The notes beneath the pieces are model-generated. The model had not been told where the DNA came from. It was given only the letters and a program-made list of their open reading frames with translations, and ran no database searches. This document shows, one piece after another, positions 54,968 through 64,000 of a stretch of DNA of 64,000 nt. This stretch comes from an uncultured Elusimicrobia bacterium (GTDB lineage Bacteria; Elusimicrobiota; Endomicrobiia; Endomicrobiales; CAIRNS01). The position numbers were made by a program, and so were the translations under genes. The stretch's first letter is position 1; the number at the start of each line of letters is the position of its first letter. The stretch is from the NCBI GenBank assembly GCA_903880015.1, contig CAIRNS010000022.1, positions 5,544 to 69,543 on the forward strand, given 5' to 3'.

Positions 54968-56472
54968 AGTTTTTTAAATCTTCTCAGCGCATATGCCAGT
55001 GCCCAGCCGGCAGAACAACCGATTAACATACCGTACATCGTGCGCAGCAGGGAAATGAGGACCGGGGTGTGGGCATGAAGAAATGTATTGATAATGGATA
55101 CCTGTCCGACCATGCCCAACCAAACCAGCCAGGGATTGCCGCTGGCGAACCCCGCAAACAACAATGGCTGACCAAACAAAAACTCTTTGGTGCGCGGGCG
55201 CACAGAAAGAAAACCTTCCAGCCATTGACGCATTCCCGCTTCCGGACGGGCCCAATCGTGGGATACGTTGCCCGTCCGCAACATCAAAATAGAAAAAATA
55301 ATCACTATGAGAGAGAACACCAGAAGATGGCGTACCTGTAATGATTTCCGCCACAGTAGTTTCAGTTCATCCGCCGAAAAAATAATAAGCGGCGACAGCA
55401 GCAGCGGCACCGTCATAGCTATTTTCACAAACGGGATTTCAAAGATCCTTTGCATAAAACTACCGTCAAAAAGCAAACTTGCGATAGCAAGCCCGCCAAA
55501 CAATGTAACGGCATTGACGACGCAAAAACGAACAAACGGAGAGGTGAGAACCCTACTGCATGCGATTGCACCCACAGGAAACACCACAGCGCAAACCAAC
55601 ACCAGAAAGAGCCGCATTGCAGAATGATTACCAAACGGATACAGCGGCGCTGTCACCGGACCGACAACAAATCCTTCAGCACGCACAGCGTTTTGCAACT
55701 GTTCAAGGCGGGCCACATTGCGTGCTACGGTCTCTTCCTCGCGTAGATACACAAGAAGAAACCGATTCCCCCGCTCCCGAACTGCGCGCATCCACCGCGC
55801 TATCCACATTTCATCAGAAGCCATTGTGAACTGCTCAGACGGGAAAATGGCATGGCCAAGAATTATCTGGCGCGGAAAAAAGCGTTTTACTTCATCAATA
55901 CCCATCCCGGAAGCAAATTCAAGAACAACCAGCAGATTGTCCGGCAAATGACTGAAAAGAACTGCCGGTTTCGGATAGCCCGGAACTTCCTTGCCATCCA
56001 GGAGTATTTTTCTGCCGGTTAATTTTTTATCGGCAACGATCCACAGAGGGTCACCCATATTCTGCGGCCGCAGTACGACAGAGAGTCCGGAGGACTCGAT
56101 GCTTTTAATTTTTTCTTGAGAAAATCCGACAGGCAGAGATGCATTCCAATATTCCGGCAGGAAACTGCCGTTGGGGGAAGTTTTTGAAGATATACCATAG
56201 CGGCTTTTCTGGCTATCCGAAAGCTGCACAACCTGACCCAGTGATTCTTCTGATAAGAGCGCGCTGGAGACGCCTTGGTCGTGCGCTGCGGCAAGAACCG
56301 TTGTAATCGGAATGCCACAACGGAGTGCTACTATGTTCGCCGCATTAAAATCAAGACATATTTCGACAGGCGCCACGCGGGATTCGATAGAAATACGCTT
56401 TACTATCGTCGTTCCCACAATAACCGTTGCCGCCAGTATAACACCGAAAAGAGCATAGCGCGCGTAATTCAT
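54964..56472 (-). CDS. Polytopic membrane protein with a large N-terminal extracytoplasmic domain (csaB-associated)
   Basis: 502 aa. One N-terminal TM, a soluble region of about 270 aa, then about 8 TM helices. ATGA-coupled to csaB. It may correspond to the csaB-linked DUF5693-type family (recollection, unverified). Confidence 0.45.
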   Translation of the reverse strand: MNYARYALFGVILAATVIVGTTIVKRISIESRVAPVEICLDFNAANIVALRCGIPITTVLAAAHDQGVSSALLSEESLGQVVQLSDSQKSRYGISSKTSPNGSFLPEYWNASLPVGFSQEKIKSIESSGLSVVLRPQNMGDPLWIVADKKLTGRKILLDGKEVPGYPKPAVLFSHLPDNLLVVLEFASGMGIDEVKRFFPRQIILGHAIFPSEQFTMASDEMWIARWMRAVRERGNRFLLVYLREEETVARNVARLEQLQNAVRAEGFVVGPVTAPLYPFGNHSAMRLFLVLVCAVVFPVGAIACSRVLTSPFVRFCVVNAVTLFGGLAIASLLFDGSFMQRIFEIPFVKIAMTVPLLLSPLIIFSADELKLLWRKSLQVRHLLVFSLIVIIFSILMLRTGNVSHDWARPEAGMRQWLEGFLSVRPRTKEFLFGQPLLFAGFASGNPWLVWLGMVGQVSIINTFLHAHTPVLISLLRTMYGMLIGCSAGWALAYALRRFKKL

Positions 56473-56514
56473 ACAATCGTTTTACGCTCCCAACCGCATG
56501 TCCCGCTCACTGCA

Positions 56515-57510
56515 TCACTCAACATCACGCAGGAACTGCGCAGCTTCTTCGGGCGCGGTCGGATTAATATAAAATCCGCTCCCCCATTCAAAACCAGCCA
56601 CACGGGTCAGTTTAGGGATGATCTCGATATGCCAATGGTAATGCGGCAAATGGGATTCTTTCAACGGGGCGGTGTGGATCAGGTAGTTGTAAGATGGGTT
56701 GTCCAGTGTCCGCATAAGCTTGCCCACGACCGATTTCATCATCACCGCAAGATTAACAACCTGATGTTCTTCAATCTCGTTAAAATCAGAGCTGTGATTC
56801 TTAGGCAGAACCCACACTTCAAAAGGGAATCGGGATGCAAACGGGCACAGAGCCACAAAATCGTCGTTCTCAGCGACAACCCTTTGGCCGAATGAAAGCT
56901 CCTGTTTTATAATGTCACAAAAACCGCACCGCTCTTTGTAATCAAAATAAATCTTGCCACCGTTAACTTCTTCCCGGACGCGTTTAGGAACAACGGGGGT
57001 TGCGATAAGCTGAGAATGAGGGTGCGCCAGCGTCGCGCCGGCCGCCGAACCGTGATTTTTAAAAATTAAAATATACTCAAGCCGTATATCTTTTTTCAGG
57101 TCAAGTATCCGGTCCCGGTACGCCCACAGAATGTTTTCAACATCTTTATCAGAAAGATCAAAAATATCACGGTCATGATGCGGCGATTCTATGATGATCT
57201 CGTGAGCACCCAAGCCATTCATCCGGTCGTACATCCCGTCCCCTTGACGATTGAGTGTTCCTTCGATGGCAAGAGCAGGGAATTTGTTGGGGATGACCCG
57301 CACCCGCCAATTGGCGGCATTGCGCGACCGCCCGGAATCACCATATCCGACTATCTCGGAAGGCGTCATGGCTTCATTGCCTAAACAAAAAGGGCACTTA
57401 TTGCCGGCGGTATTTTCTACACCGCGGGAGAAATCGGACGGGCGTTTTCCCCGGTCTGTCGATATGATAATCCATCTGCCGGTTATCGGATCCCTGCGAA
57501 GCTCTGGCAT
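56515..57510 (-). CDS. galT: Galactose-1-phosphate uridylyltransferase family (HIT-like nucleotidyltransferase)
   Basis: 331 aa. Motifs ELRRDPITGRWIIIS, zinc motif CPFCLGNE, active site HPHSQL. Confidence 0.88.
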   Translation of the reverse strand: MPELRRDPITGRWIIISTDRGKRPSDFSRGVENTAGNKCPFCLGNEAMTPSEIVGYGDSGRSRNAANWRVRVIPNKFPALAIEGTLNRQGDGMYDRMNGLGAHEIIIESPHHDRDIFDLSDKDVENILWAYRDRILDLKKDIRLEYILIFKNHGSAAGATLAHPHSQLIATPVVPKRVREEVNGGKIYFDYKERCGFCDIIKQELSFGQRVVAENDDFVALCPFASRFPFEVWVLPKNHSSDFNEIEEHQVVNLAVMMKSVVGKLMRTLDNPSYNYLIHTAPLKESHLPHYHWHIEIIPKLTRVAGFEWGSGFYINPTAPEEAAQFLRDVE

Positions 57511-57615
57511 GTATCCCCCGTGAAAACCATCGCACTTCTACCGCGGGCCTCTTATTTAAAGTCCCCACCAAATAATCTTGTCTGTAAATACAGGAACACT
57601 TTTTTGATTAATTAC

Positions 57616-59763
57616 CTATTTCATGCGTTCCAGAGCACGCAATGATTCCGACTTATCCGGCTTATAATACAGTGATTTATTGAAACACTCCTTGGCATTT
57701 ACCAGATTGCCTGCCGTATACGCTTTCATTCCCTGCTCATAAAATTGCTGAGACAGGGATTCAGATACGCGCGCCAATTCTTCTCTTGCCGCGGCATGAT
57801 CCATGTTATATGCCAACGCCTTGCGAAAAGCCACTGCAGCGGACTCGAGCTTTTTGTCCTGAAACAGTGCAACGCCGGATTTATATTCTTTCTCTGCGTA
57901 CTGGCTGTTGATGATAGTGATATAGTTTTTGGCATTCATCGCTGTTTTCTCAAACCCGGGATATTTGACAGCGGTGTCGCGGGTGGCAGTAAAGGATTTT
58001 AACGCCTCGTCATAATCGCCGCTCTGGTACTGACTCACCGCCCGCATATATGCAGCGTCAATCTGGTCCTTAACTTTATCCTTAATTTTTTCCTTACTCT
58101 GCTCCTGCTGTGCCGCAGATATCTTTTTTTCTTCACTGGCAATAAGTTTTTGGCATTGATCGGCGTACCATTGAGCGTCAGTGCGCGCAGGCAACGCCAT
58201 CACGACCGCGTTAAAGTATTTAACTGCATCGCGGTATTGTCCCTGATCATAGAGCTCAACACCTTTGACAAAAAGATCATTGGTCTGTAGTAATGTTATT
58301 TTTTGCACCTGCACTTCGATTTCATCGACAAAACGCTGAGCTTCCTTATTAGAAGGATTTAAAACGAGATATTTTTTAAACCCTTCTTTTGCTTCTACAT
58401 AGTTCCCGTTGCGATAATAGGCAATCGATTCGTCCCAGAGTTTGAGCAGTTCAGCCTTTTTACCCACCGTTCCTTGCGCTGACCGCAATTGACGGGCAGA
58501 TTCTTCAATGCGGGACAATCCTTCAACGGCTTCTGTATTTTCAGGATCGACGCCAAGCACATAATTATAATAACGGCGGGCTTGCAAAAGATCATTCCGC
58601 GAGAAAGCGACCCGGGCACGCGTCAGCCAGCGGGAAATTCCTATCATCCGTTGTTTTTCAAAATCGTCCAAGGCCTGACCGATGAGCACCAAATATTCTT
58701 TTGAACCTTGATGATCGGGATACAAAGATAATATCTCTTCCAATTCCTGACGGGCTGCTAAATAATCTTTTTTATTGTATTTGTCTTTGGCGATTTCGAA
58801 ATGGTAGGTAAGATAATGGTTGTACGCAATGTCCGGGCGGACTATTTTCCCGAACGCGATATCAATCCCCCATTGATTAACGAAAGACAAATCCTTCGAC
58901 GGTATCCTTGTGTAATTTAAACTGAAATCATTAAAATCAAGACCGACACCTCCGCCGAATCCTGAAGACATATTGTCAGTTGACTGCTTCCATCCGCCGC
59001 GCAGAGTGACGGGATACACCGGCGAAAAACTGATGCCAGCTCCCGCTCCGGCAGTCCCGTCAGTGAGCAATCGACTCACATCGGCCGTCAAAACCAGGTC
59101 ACTCCATGAGGCCTTTTCATACTTGATTCCCGCGGCAGCGGTCAACGGAAGAGAAACGGACTGTGCGGGAAAGGTAAGCTTCCCGCCGATATTTTTTACC
59201 GCTATACTTGCCGTAAAAGGGGACGAGCCAGACAGGCGCGACAAAATACCGACATCGGCAGCCAGTGATTGAGCGGTATTTCCGCCGACACTCGATTGCA
59301 ACATCTTAACGCTGGCACCTACTGACCCATAATCTTCCGTGACGGGATATTCATGACGGAGCGGCAATGCACCGCTGATAATCGCCTGCATATTTTTGGG
59401 TGAATCTGTTCCTTGATATATGCCGGCAGAATTATTGCCGTAAGAGAAGTAGGAGACAGCTACGCCAAAGCTGGCGCTCTTTGTCGGAAAAGCTATACCG
59501 ATAAAGCGATAATCAACTCCGTCTGAGAGCAGGGTATCGGTCAATGAAAGTTTTGCCTGATAGAGAGATGTTATTGCTGCCGGGTTAGAAACCATCACGG
59601 CAGCCGAAGGCGGCGCATACACGATGGAATCGCCCATTGCTGAGGATTGCGGGTCGGCGACTATACGCGAGAAGTCAGCGCTACCGGTGTCTGAAGCTGC
59701 GGCGTACATGACGCCCGCAGTAAATAGAAGGAGGAGAGCACAAATGGTATGTTTACTTCGCAT
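57616..59763 (-). CDS. Outer-membrane beta-barrel (PorV/UPF0164-like) fused to a C-terminal TPR-like domain
   Basis: 715 aa. Signal peptide, a barrel-like region of about 300 aa (SSAMGDSIVYAPPSAAVMVSNPAAI...), then about 400 aa of TPR-like helical repeats. Confidence 0.55.
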   Translation of the reverse strand: MRSKHTICALLLLFTAGVMYAAASDTGSADFSRIVADPQSSAMGDSIVYAPPSAAVMVSNPAAITSLYQAKLSLTDTLLSDGVDYRFIGIAFPTKSASFGVAVSYFSYGNNSAGIYQGTDSPKNMQAIISGALPLRHEYPVTEDYGSVGASVKMLQSSVGGNTAQSLAADVGILSRLSGSSPFTASIAVKNIGGKLTFPAQSVSLPLTAAAGIKYEKASWSDLVLTADVSRLLTDGTAGAGAGISFSPVYPVTLRGGWKQSTDNMSSGFGGGVGLDFNDFSLNYTRIPSKDLSFVNQWGIDIAFGKIVRPDIAYNHYLTYHFEIAKDKYNKKDYLAARQELEEILSLYPDHQGSKEYLVLIGQALDDFEKQRMIGISRWLTRARVAFSRNDLLQARRYYNYVLGVDPENTEAVEGLSRIEESARQLRSAQGTVGKKAELLKLWDESIAYYRNGNYVEAKEGFKKYLVLNPSNKEAQRFVDEIEVQVQKITLLQTNDLFVKGVELYDQGQYRDAVKYFNAVVMALPARTDAQWYADQCQKLIASEEKKISAAQQEQSKEKIKDKVKDQIDAAYMRAVSQYQSGDYDEALKSFTATRDTAVKYPGFEKTAMNAKNYITIINSQYAEKEYKSGVALFQDKKLESAAVAFRKALAYNMDHAAAREELARVSESLSQQFYEQGMKAYTAGNLVNAKECFNKSLYYKPDKSESLRALERMK

Positions 59764-60490
59764 ATTTTTTTATCAACTGAAGCAGTTCCGGCAGCTTGAA
59801 CGGTTTAGTGACACAATCAACCGCGCCATATTCAAACCAGCCGTCCGCTTCCCCGTCATATTCATCCGTTGCAACCATGATCACCGGAATATGCTTCGTT
59901 GACAAATCACTTTTTAGCCGCCGGCATGCTTCTATTCCTGACGGGGCATCCGCCATCATAATATTGAGAAGCACCAACTGCGGCCGAAACTGAACAGCGA
60001 CTTCAACGATATGAACAGTATCGGTTATATTTTTGACTTCGTATCCCTGTTTTTCGAGAAACTGCAACAATAGCCCGCCGATTTGAATATCATCATCGAT
60101 CCTGAGAACGCGGGCCTTAATGTTTGCCAGCTTCCGTATGCGCAGTATCAGATAATCCATATCCACGGGTTTTAGGATACAATCGTCAGCACCCAGTGCA
60201 AAGCCCCTGTCGATATCCACCGTCTGATCGCCGGTGATAAGAATGATGGGGATATCTTTTGTCTGCGCGTCGCTTTTTGACTCCTTGCAGACTTCAAACC
60301 CGTCTTTCCCCGGCAGGCGTATATCGAGAACCACCAACGCGGGGTTATCCCGACGAATCCGTGCGAGTCCTTCAAATCCGTCAACAGCAGTGATAACTCT
60401 AAATCCGTTTACTTCCAATCCCGCACCCATAGTTTCCAATATCGCAGGATTATCGTCGATGATTAGAATGGTAGCTCTTGTATCTGACAC
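59753..60490 (-). CDS. Tandem receiver protein (REC + pseudo-REC), no output domain
   Basis: 245 aa. GTG start with a GGAGGA Shine-Dalgarno. REC1 has IIDDN...LVVLDIRLPGKDG...ILITG. REC2 has Asn at the phospho-acceptor position (LVLLNIMM). Confidence 0.8.
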   Translation of the reverse strand: MSDTRATILIIDDNPAILETMGAGLEVNGFRVITAVDGFEGLARIRRDNPALVVLDIRLPGKDGFEVCKESKSDAQTKDIPIILITGDQTVDIDRGFALGADDCILKPVDMDYLILRIRKLANIKARVLRIDDDIQIGGLLLQFLEKQGYEVKNITDTVHIVEVAVQFRPQLVLLNIMMADAPSGIEACRRLKSDLSTKHIPVIMVATDEYDGEADGWFEYGAVDCVTKPFKLPELLQLIKKYAK

Positions 60491-60512
60491 AGATCCTCCG
60501 TCCTCCGCAGTT

Positions 60513-61952
60513 TTAATTTGCGGGAAGCATAATAACGGTCATCGGTTTTAATGCCGTTGCTGATTCAACCGTAACAGCAACCGTATCTCTCCGCTCAATC
60601 TTTTCTGATATTATGGAATAGCCGGGATACCGCAGGGTCAACCAATAGGTGCCGCGAGGAACCTTAATGGCCGCACCGTCCGCGTTTGATATTCCTTTGA
60701 ATTCTTCCTTTTCGTTTGAAAGAACAACAATCTGCACATTCTCCAGTGGCTCCGTCAGGCGATCAGATTCCCGCTGCCAGTCCTGCAGCAATTGTAACTT
60801 TTGTATGATATCATCACCTGCATTTTTAAACAATGTCTGCTGTTCAGCGGTTGGCGTCCTGACAAACAACTGTACGCCGGTAATCGCTCCCGAAAGATCA
60901 TTTAGTGCCGTGCTGGGAACATGGCGCGGCTGTTGAGTGACCACATAACCAACTATCAGCAAAAAAACCAAGAACAACACAACCAGCAGTATGGGTTGGT
61001 TGAGCAAGCCGGTTTCACGGGCCGATTTCGGTATTTTTATGCGCACTGCCGAAATGATATTTTTTATCTGTGCATCTTCGCAGGATAATTGCGCAGAAGT
61101 TTCTTCAGGAATAGTCACCACTGCGTCATAATTATCGCCCCCATCAATATTGAATCGGTGCTCGGCAGAGACGATATCGGCTTTCCCTGTCGCCAGCACC
61201 GCGATGACGGTCGTATTATCCTTGCCCCCGGCGGCATTGGCTGATGAAATTAGGTTTTTGACAATATTTTCAGGATTATTTACATTTTGCGATACTATTT
61301 CAGCTATGTCAGTGTCATTGATCTCCCCGTTGAGGCCGTCGCTGCACAAAATAAAACAATCATCCGGACGCACAATGGTCTTGCAATAGTCAATCCTTAC
61401 TCGGGGGCCGGTGCCGATTGCCCGCGTAATCATGCTTTGAATTTCCGCAGATTTTACTTCACCGTATGTCATTTTCCCTTCATCAATCAGCTCGTTAATC
61501 TTCGAATGGTCTTTTGTCAGCGTTTCCAGCCGTCCATTTCTGAACCGGTAAATCCGGCTGTCCCCCACATGATACATATGGGCGATTCCTTCCACATCGT
61601 CTATCAGGATTGCCGCAACCGTCGTGCCCATCCCTGAGAGTTTTGTGTACTTGTCAGAAAAATTATATAGTGCACGGTTAGCAAGGCGAATAGCCGCTGC
61701 GGGTCGCATCGAATATGCCGTCAAGTTCTCAGCATATCCGCCGCAAATTTTAACCGTATCTTTCTCAGCCATGTGTCCGAAAGCATACGCAATGACGCTT
61801 GTCGCGCAGCGGCTGGCAAAATCACCTGCAGCGCCGCCCCCCATACCGTCACAGACAAAATAGAGGTTATCTGATTTTGAAAATCCAAAACTATCCTGAT
61901 TCTCGGTGCGGACTCGGCCTACATCAGTGCGGGCAAAATAGGTAATTTTCAT
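60513..61952 (-). CDS. PP2C-family Ser/Thr phosphatase with a TM helix and an extracytoplasmic PEGA-like domain
   Basis: 479 aa. Motifs RTDVGRVRTENQDSF, CDGMGG, GGKDNTTV. TM segment LLVVLFLVFLLIVGYVV. C-terminal VPRGTYWLTLRYPGY. Confidence 0.85.
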   Translation of the reverse strand: MKITYFARTDVGRVRTENQDSFGFSKSDNLYFVCDGMGGGAAGDFASRCATSVIAYAFGHMAEKDTVKICGGYAENLTAYSMRPAAAIRLANRALYNFSDKYTKLSGMGTTVAAILIDDVEGIAHMYHVGDSRIYRFRNGRLETLTKDHSKINELIDEGKMTYGEVKSAEIQSMITRAIGTGPRVRIDYCKTIVRPDDCFILCSDGLNGEINDTDIAEIVSQNVNNPENIVKNLISSANAAGGKDNTTVIAVLATGKADIVSAEHRFNIDGGDNYDAVVTIPEETSAQLSCEDAQIKNIISAVRIKIPKSARETGLLNQPILLVVLFLVFLLIVGYVVTQQPRHVPSTALNDLSGAITGVQLFVRTPTAEQQTLFKNAGDDIIQKLQLLQDWQRESDRLTEPLENVQIVVLSNEKEEFKGISNADGAAIKVPRGTYWLTLRYPGYSIISEKIERRDTVAVTVESATALKPMTVIMLPAN

Positions 61953-61965
61953 AAATATATGCTCA

Positions 61966-64000
61966 TCATAAATAAATCATGCGCGGCCGCAGGGCTGCTT
62001 TTTTTCTCGAAACGATGAAATAAACAACAATAATACCGCAAATTATCAGAAATCCCGATACGGCCAACCAAACATAAAATGTAGCATCTTCAGAGGCAGA
62101 AGCAACCCCTGTACGCAGATTGTTGCCCAAATAAACCGGCCACAAAAGAGCATTTCTGATAGTTCGGACATTGGTCGTGACTACCTGAACGGCATTGATC
62201 GTGTTGACATCAACCACTTCCACGAGACCATCGCCATTAATGTCGCCGATAACGACCGGTGATGTTATCGCCTCATTGCTGACCTTTAATGACGACATTA
62301 TTTCCATCCCTTTGCGCTTGGGGGAATTTTTTACAAAGAGAAGGGTCCCATCCTCCGTACCAACGACAAATTCTTTAAGCCCATTTTTATCAAAATCATA
62401 CAATGCCGGCGTCGCGACGGTCCGCTTCATGCCGGGCACTTCCATTTTCCACAACAGTTCCCCCGTCGGATAGCCGGTTTTACCCTTTAAAGCATACAGA
62501 TTGCCGTTAGTCGATGTTACCAAGACATCACCCAGACCGTCTCCGTTGAGATCCGTTATCAACGGTGCAGAATGATGCTTGATCCCAGACGGCGGAATCG
62601 GCTCGACAAAATAGGTCCAATTTACATTAAAGCCCATAATATCGATTGAAGAGATATACTGGGGAACATTCGACTCAACGACAACTTCGGGGATCCTGTC
62701 ACCGTTGAGATCGCCTATAGCCGGCGGAACTGACATCAGATGCGCTTTGCCGGTTTTTTCGACAAGATCAACCGTTTTTTTGGTCCGTGTTTTTCCGTCT
62801 ATGAAAAATACTTTACTGTTGTATGAACAGACAACAACCAGCGGTGAAATTTTCTCGGTCGTAACAATGACCGGGGAGGCATACACCGGAGGATCAACGA
62901 ATTGCGTGAACTTCTCCATCTTGCCCGCATATCCGGGCGCATACAGGAAATACACTGTACCTTCCTCGGAACAGACGACCACATCTTGTTTCCCATCACC
63001 ATTGAGATCGCATACACACGGAGACATCTCCGCGATTGAACCCCCAAGAATTTCTTTATAAATGATGCCACCTGACTGTCCATCAATGATATAGAGATTC
63101 GCACCGTTGCCGGTTACGACGATATCAGGGATCCCATCGCCGTTCATGTCCGCCACTGCCGGCGAACATTTACCGGGATTAGGTATTGCCACCGGTGCCC
63201 AGAGCTGCGCGCCTTCCTTGCCATCCCACGCATACAGAAAACCCGTTGCACTTAAAAAAATGATGTCATTAACTCCGTCGTTGTTGAGATCAGCGATGGC
63301 AAGGGCGCCGCCGGCGTCATAATCAGCCGGCACTGCACGCAATGTATTGCCCGACGCCGACCAGGTACGGCTCATATCAAACTGTAGTTTCGCCGGCTTG
63401 GTGGTGAGGAAAAACCCTGTTTTAGCGCCATATATCATCGCAAAGAATCCGGCAAACAACAAAATTATCGTAGAGGCAATAATGAGCGGCTGGCGAATCT
63501 TTAAAAAGAAAATATGGTGTTTTACCGGACTGCTATAATCAAGATTATTTGATTCAACAAACCTGAAAATGGTCCTGCCTATAGCGATTTCATCGCCGGG
63601 ATTTATGGGAACGCTGTTGAACTGTCCCACCTTTTCCCCATTGACCGCAAGCCCGCCGGTACTACCGACATCGCGGGCAAAATTCTTGCCGTTCTGGCAG
63701 GTTATTTTCGCATGCCCCTTGGAAACGGTATTATCTTCACCCAACACAATACCATTCTCAATGCCTTTCGGCGAAATGTTTTCCCTGCCGATATTGGTAT
63801 CGCCGTTGGGAAGATCAAATCGCTTTCCGTAATACTGCCCATATACGCCGAGCAAACTGTACCGGGGAAGAACGTGAGCTTCATCCTCTCCTTCGCGTTT
63901 ACCCATGCGCCGGTCAGGAAGGAACTGCAGAGCTGCGCCGGCAATCGTAATAATATCGCCGAATTGCAGTTCTTTATCAACGACCGTACGGTCATTGACC
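61966..64000 (-). CDS. Tandem-FHA + TM + FG-GAP/VCBS beta-propeller protein (5' end beyond the window)
   Basis: FHA motifs TNIGRE...SKGHAKI...GSTGGLAVNGEKV. About 8 D-x-N-x-D-G repeats (DLNNDGVNDIIF, DMNGDGIPDIVV...). The frame stays open upstream of the track ATG (63906) to nt 64000. That stretch encodes VNDRTVVDKELQFGDIITIAGAALQF, the tail of another FHA domain. Confidence 0.8.
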   Translation of the reverse strand, partial: VNDRTVVDKELQFGDIITIAGAALQFLPDRRMGKREGEDEAHVLPRYSLLGVYGQYYGKRFDLPNGDTNIGRENISPKGIENGIVLGEDNTVSKGHAKITCQNGKNFARDVGSTGGLAVNGEKVGQFNSVPINPGDEIAIGRTIFRFVESNNLDYSSPVKHHIFFLKIRQPLIIASTIILLFAGFFAMIYGAKTGFFLTTKPAKLQFDMSRTWSASGNTLRAVPADYDAGGALAIADLNNDGVNDIIFLSATGFLYAWDGKEGAQLWAPVAIPNPGKCSPAVADMNGDGIPDIVVTGNGANLYIIDGQSGGIIYKEILGGSIAEMSPCVCDLNGDGKQDVVVCSEEGTVYFLYAPGYAGKMEKFTQFVDPPVYASPVIVTTEKISPLVVVCSYNSKVFFIDGKTRTKKTVDLVEKTGKAHLMSVPPAIGDLNGDRIPEVVVESNVPQYISSIDIMGFNVNWTYFVEPIPPSGIKHHSAPLITDLNGDGLGDVLVTSTNGNLYALKGKTGYPTGELLWKMEVPGMKRTVATPALYDFDKNGLKEFVVGTEDGTLLFVKNSPKRKGMEIMSSLKVSNEAITSPVVIGDINGDGLVEVVDVNTINAVQVVTTNVRTIRNALLWPVYLGNNLRTGVASASEDATFYVWLAVSGFLIICGIIVVYFIVSRKKAALRPRMIYL

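Noticed and set aside
63702-63995. A 97-aa minus-strand ORF in an alternative frame at the right edge.
   Set aside because: It overlaps the FHA-protein frame, which stays open to nt 64000 and encodes recognisable FHA sequence. The alternative frame has no motif support.

Overview
This is a 64-kb bacterial chromosomal window. Every gene I can support (about 45 CDS and 2 tRNAs) is on the minus strand, often with 4-nt ATGA start/stop overlaps. All long plus-strand ORFs in the track look like antisense shadows. Several track N-termini begin at TTG and are probably over-extended.

Contents, left to right:
- Edge of a Tad/Flp pilus locus: TadE-like gene, an untracked 55-aa Flp pilin, and a minimal secretin.
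- A housekeeping run: M20 amidohydrolase, nnrD, acpS, glmS, pdxJ, glmM, cdaA, folP, folE, ftsH, tilS and a MutY-like glycosylase.
- tRNA-fMet and tRNA-Leu, each with a near-consensus promoter.
- An A/T-rich segment carrying a ParB-like gene and two tandem paralogous TPR + radical-SAM/SPASM-like genes.
- A five-gene translationally coupled pga-like exopolysaccharide operon: polytopic protein, processive GT2, bactofilin-like beta-helix protein, CE4-like protein, OM barrel.
- A flavodoxin-like oxidoreductase.
- A giant gene pair of 2741 aa and about 1160-1180 aa.
- A short pyruvate kinase and korAB.
- Envelope proteins, glgB, a DUF2156-like gene, a roughly 1500-aa TPR protein with a coding tandem repeat, csaB, and galT.
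- An OM-barrel/TPR, REC-pseudoREC, PP2C and tandem-FHA signalling cluster that runs off the right edge.

The most unusual element is the 2741-aa membrane-anchored mosaic protein. It has kinase-like, CPBP/Abi-like and C-terminal deaminase-like motifs and is coupled to a large HAD-containing partner. No CRISPR array, integrase or transposase was seen.

The gene content suggests an uncultivated anaerobic diderm, but taxonomy cannot be established from the sequence alone. All calls rest on reading motifs by eye; no database search was possible.
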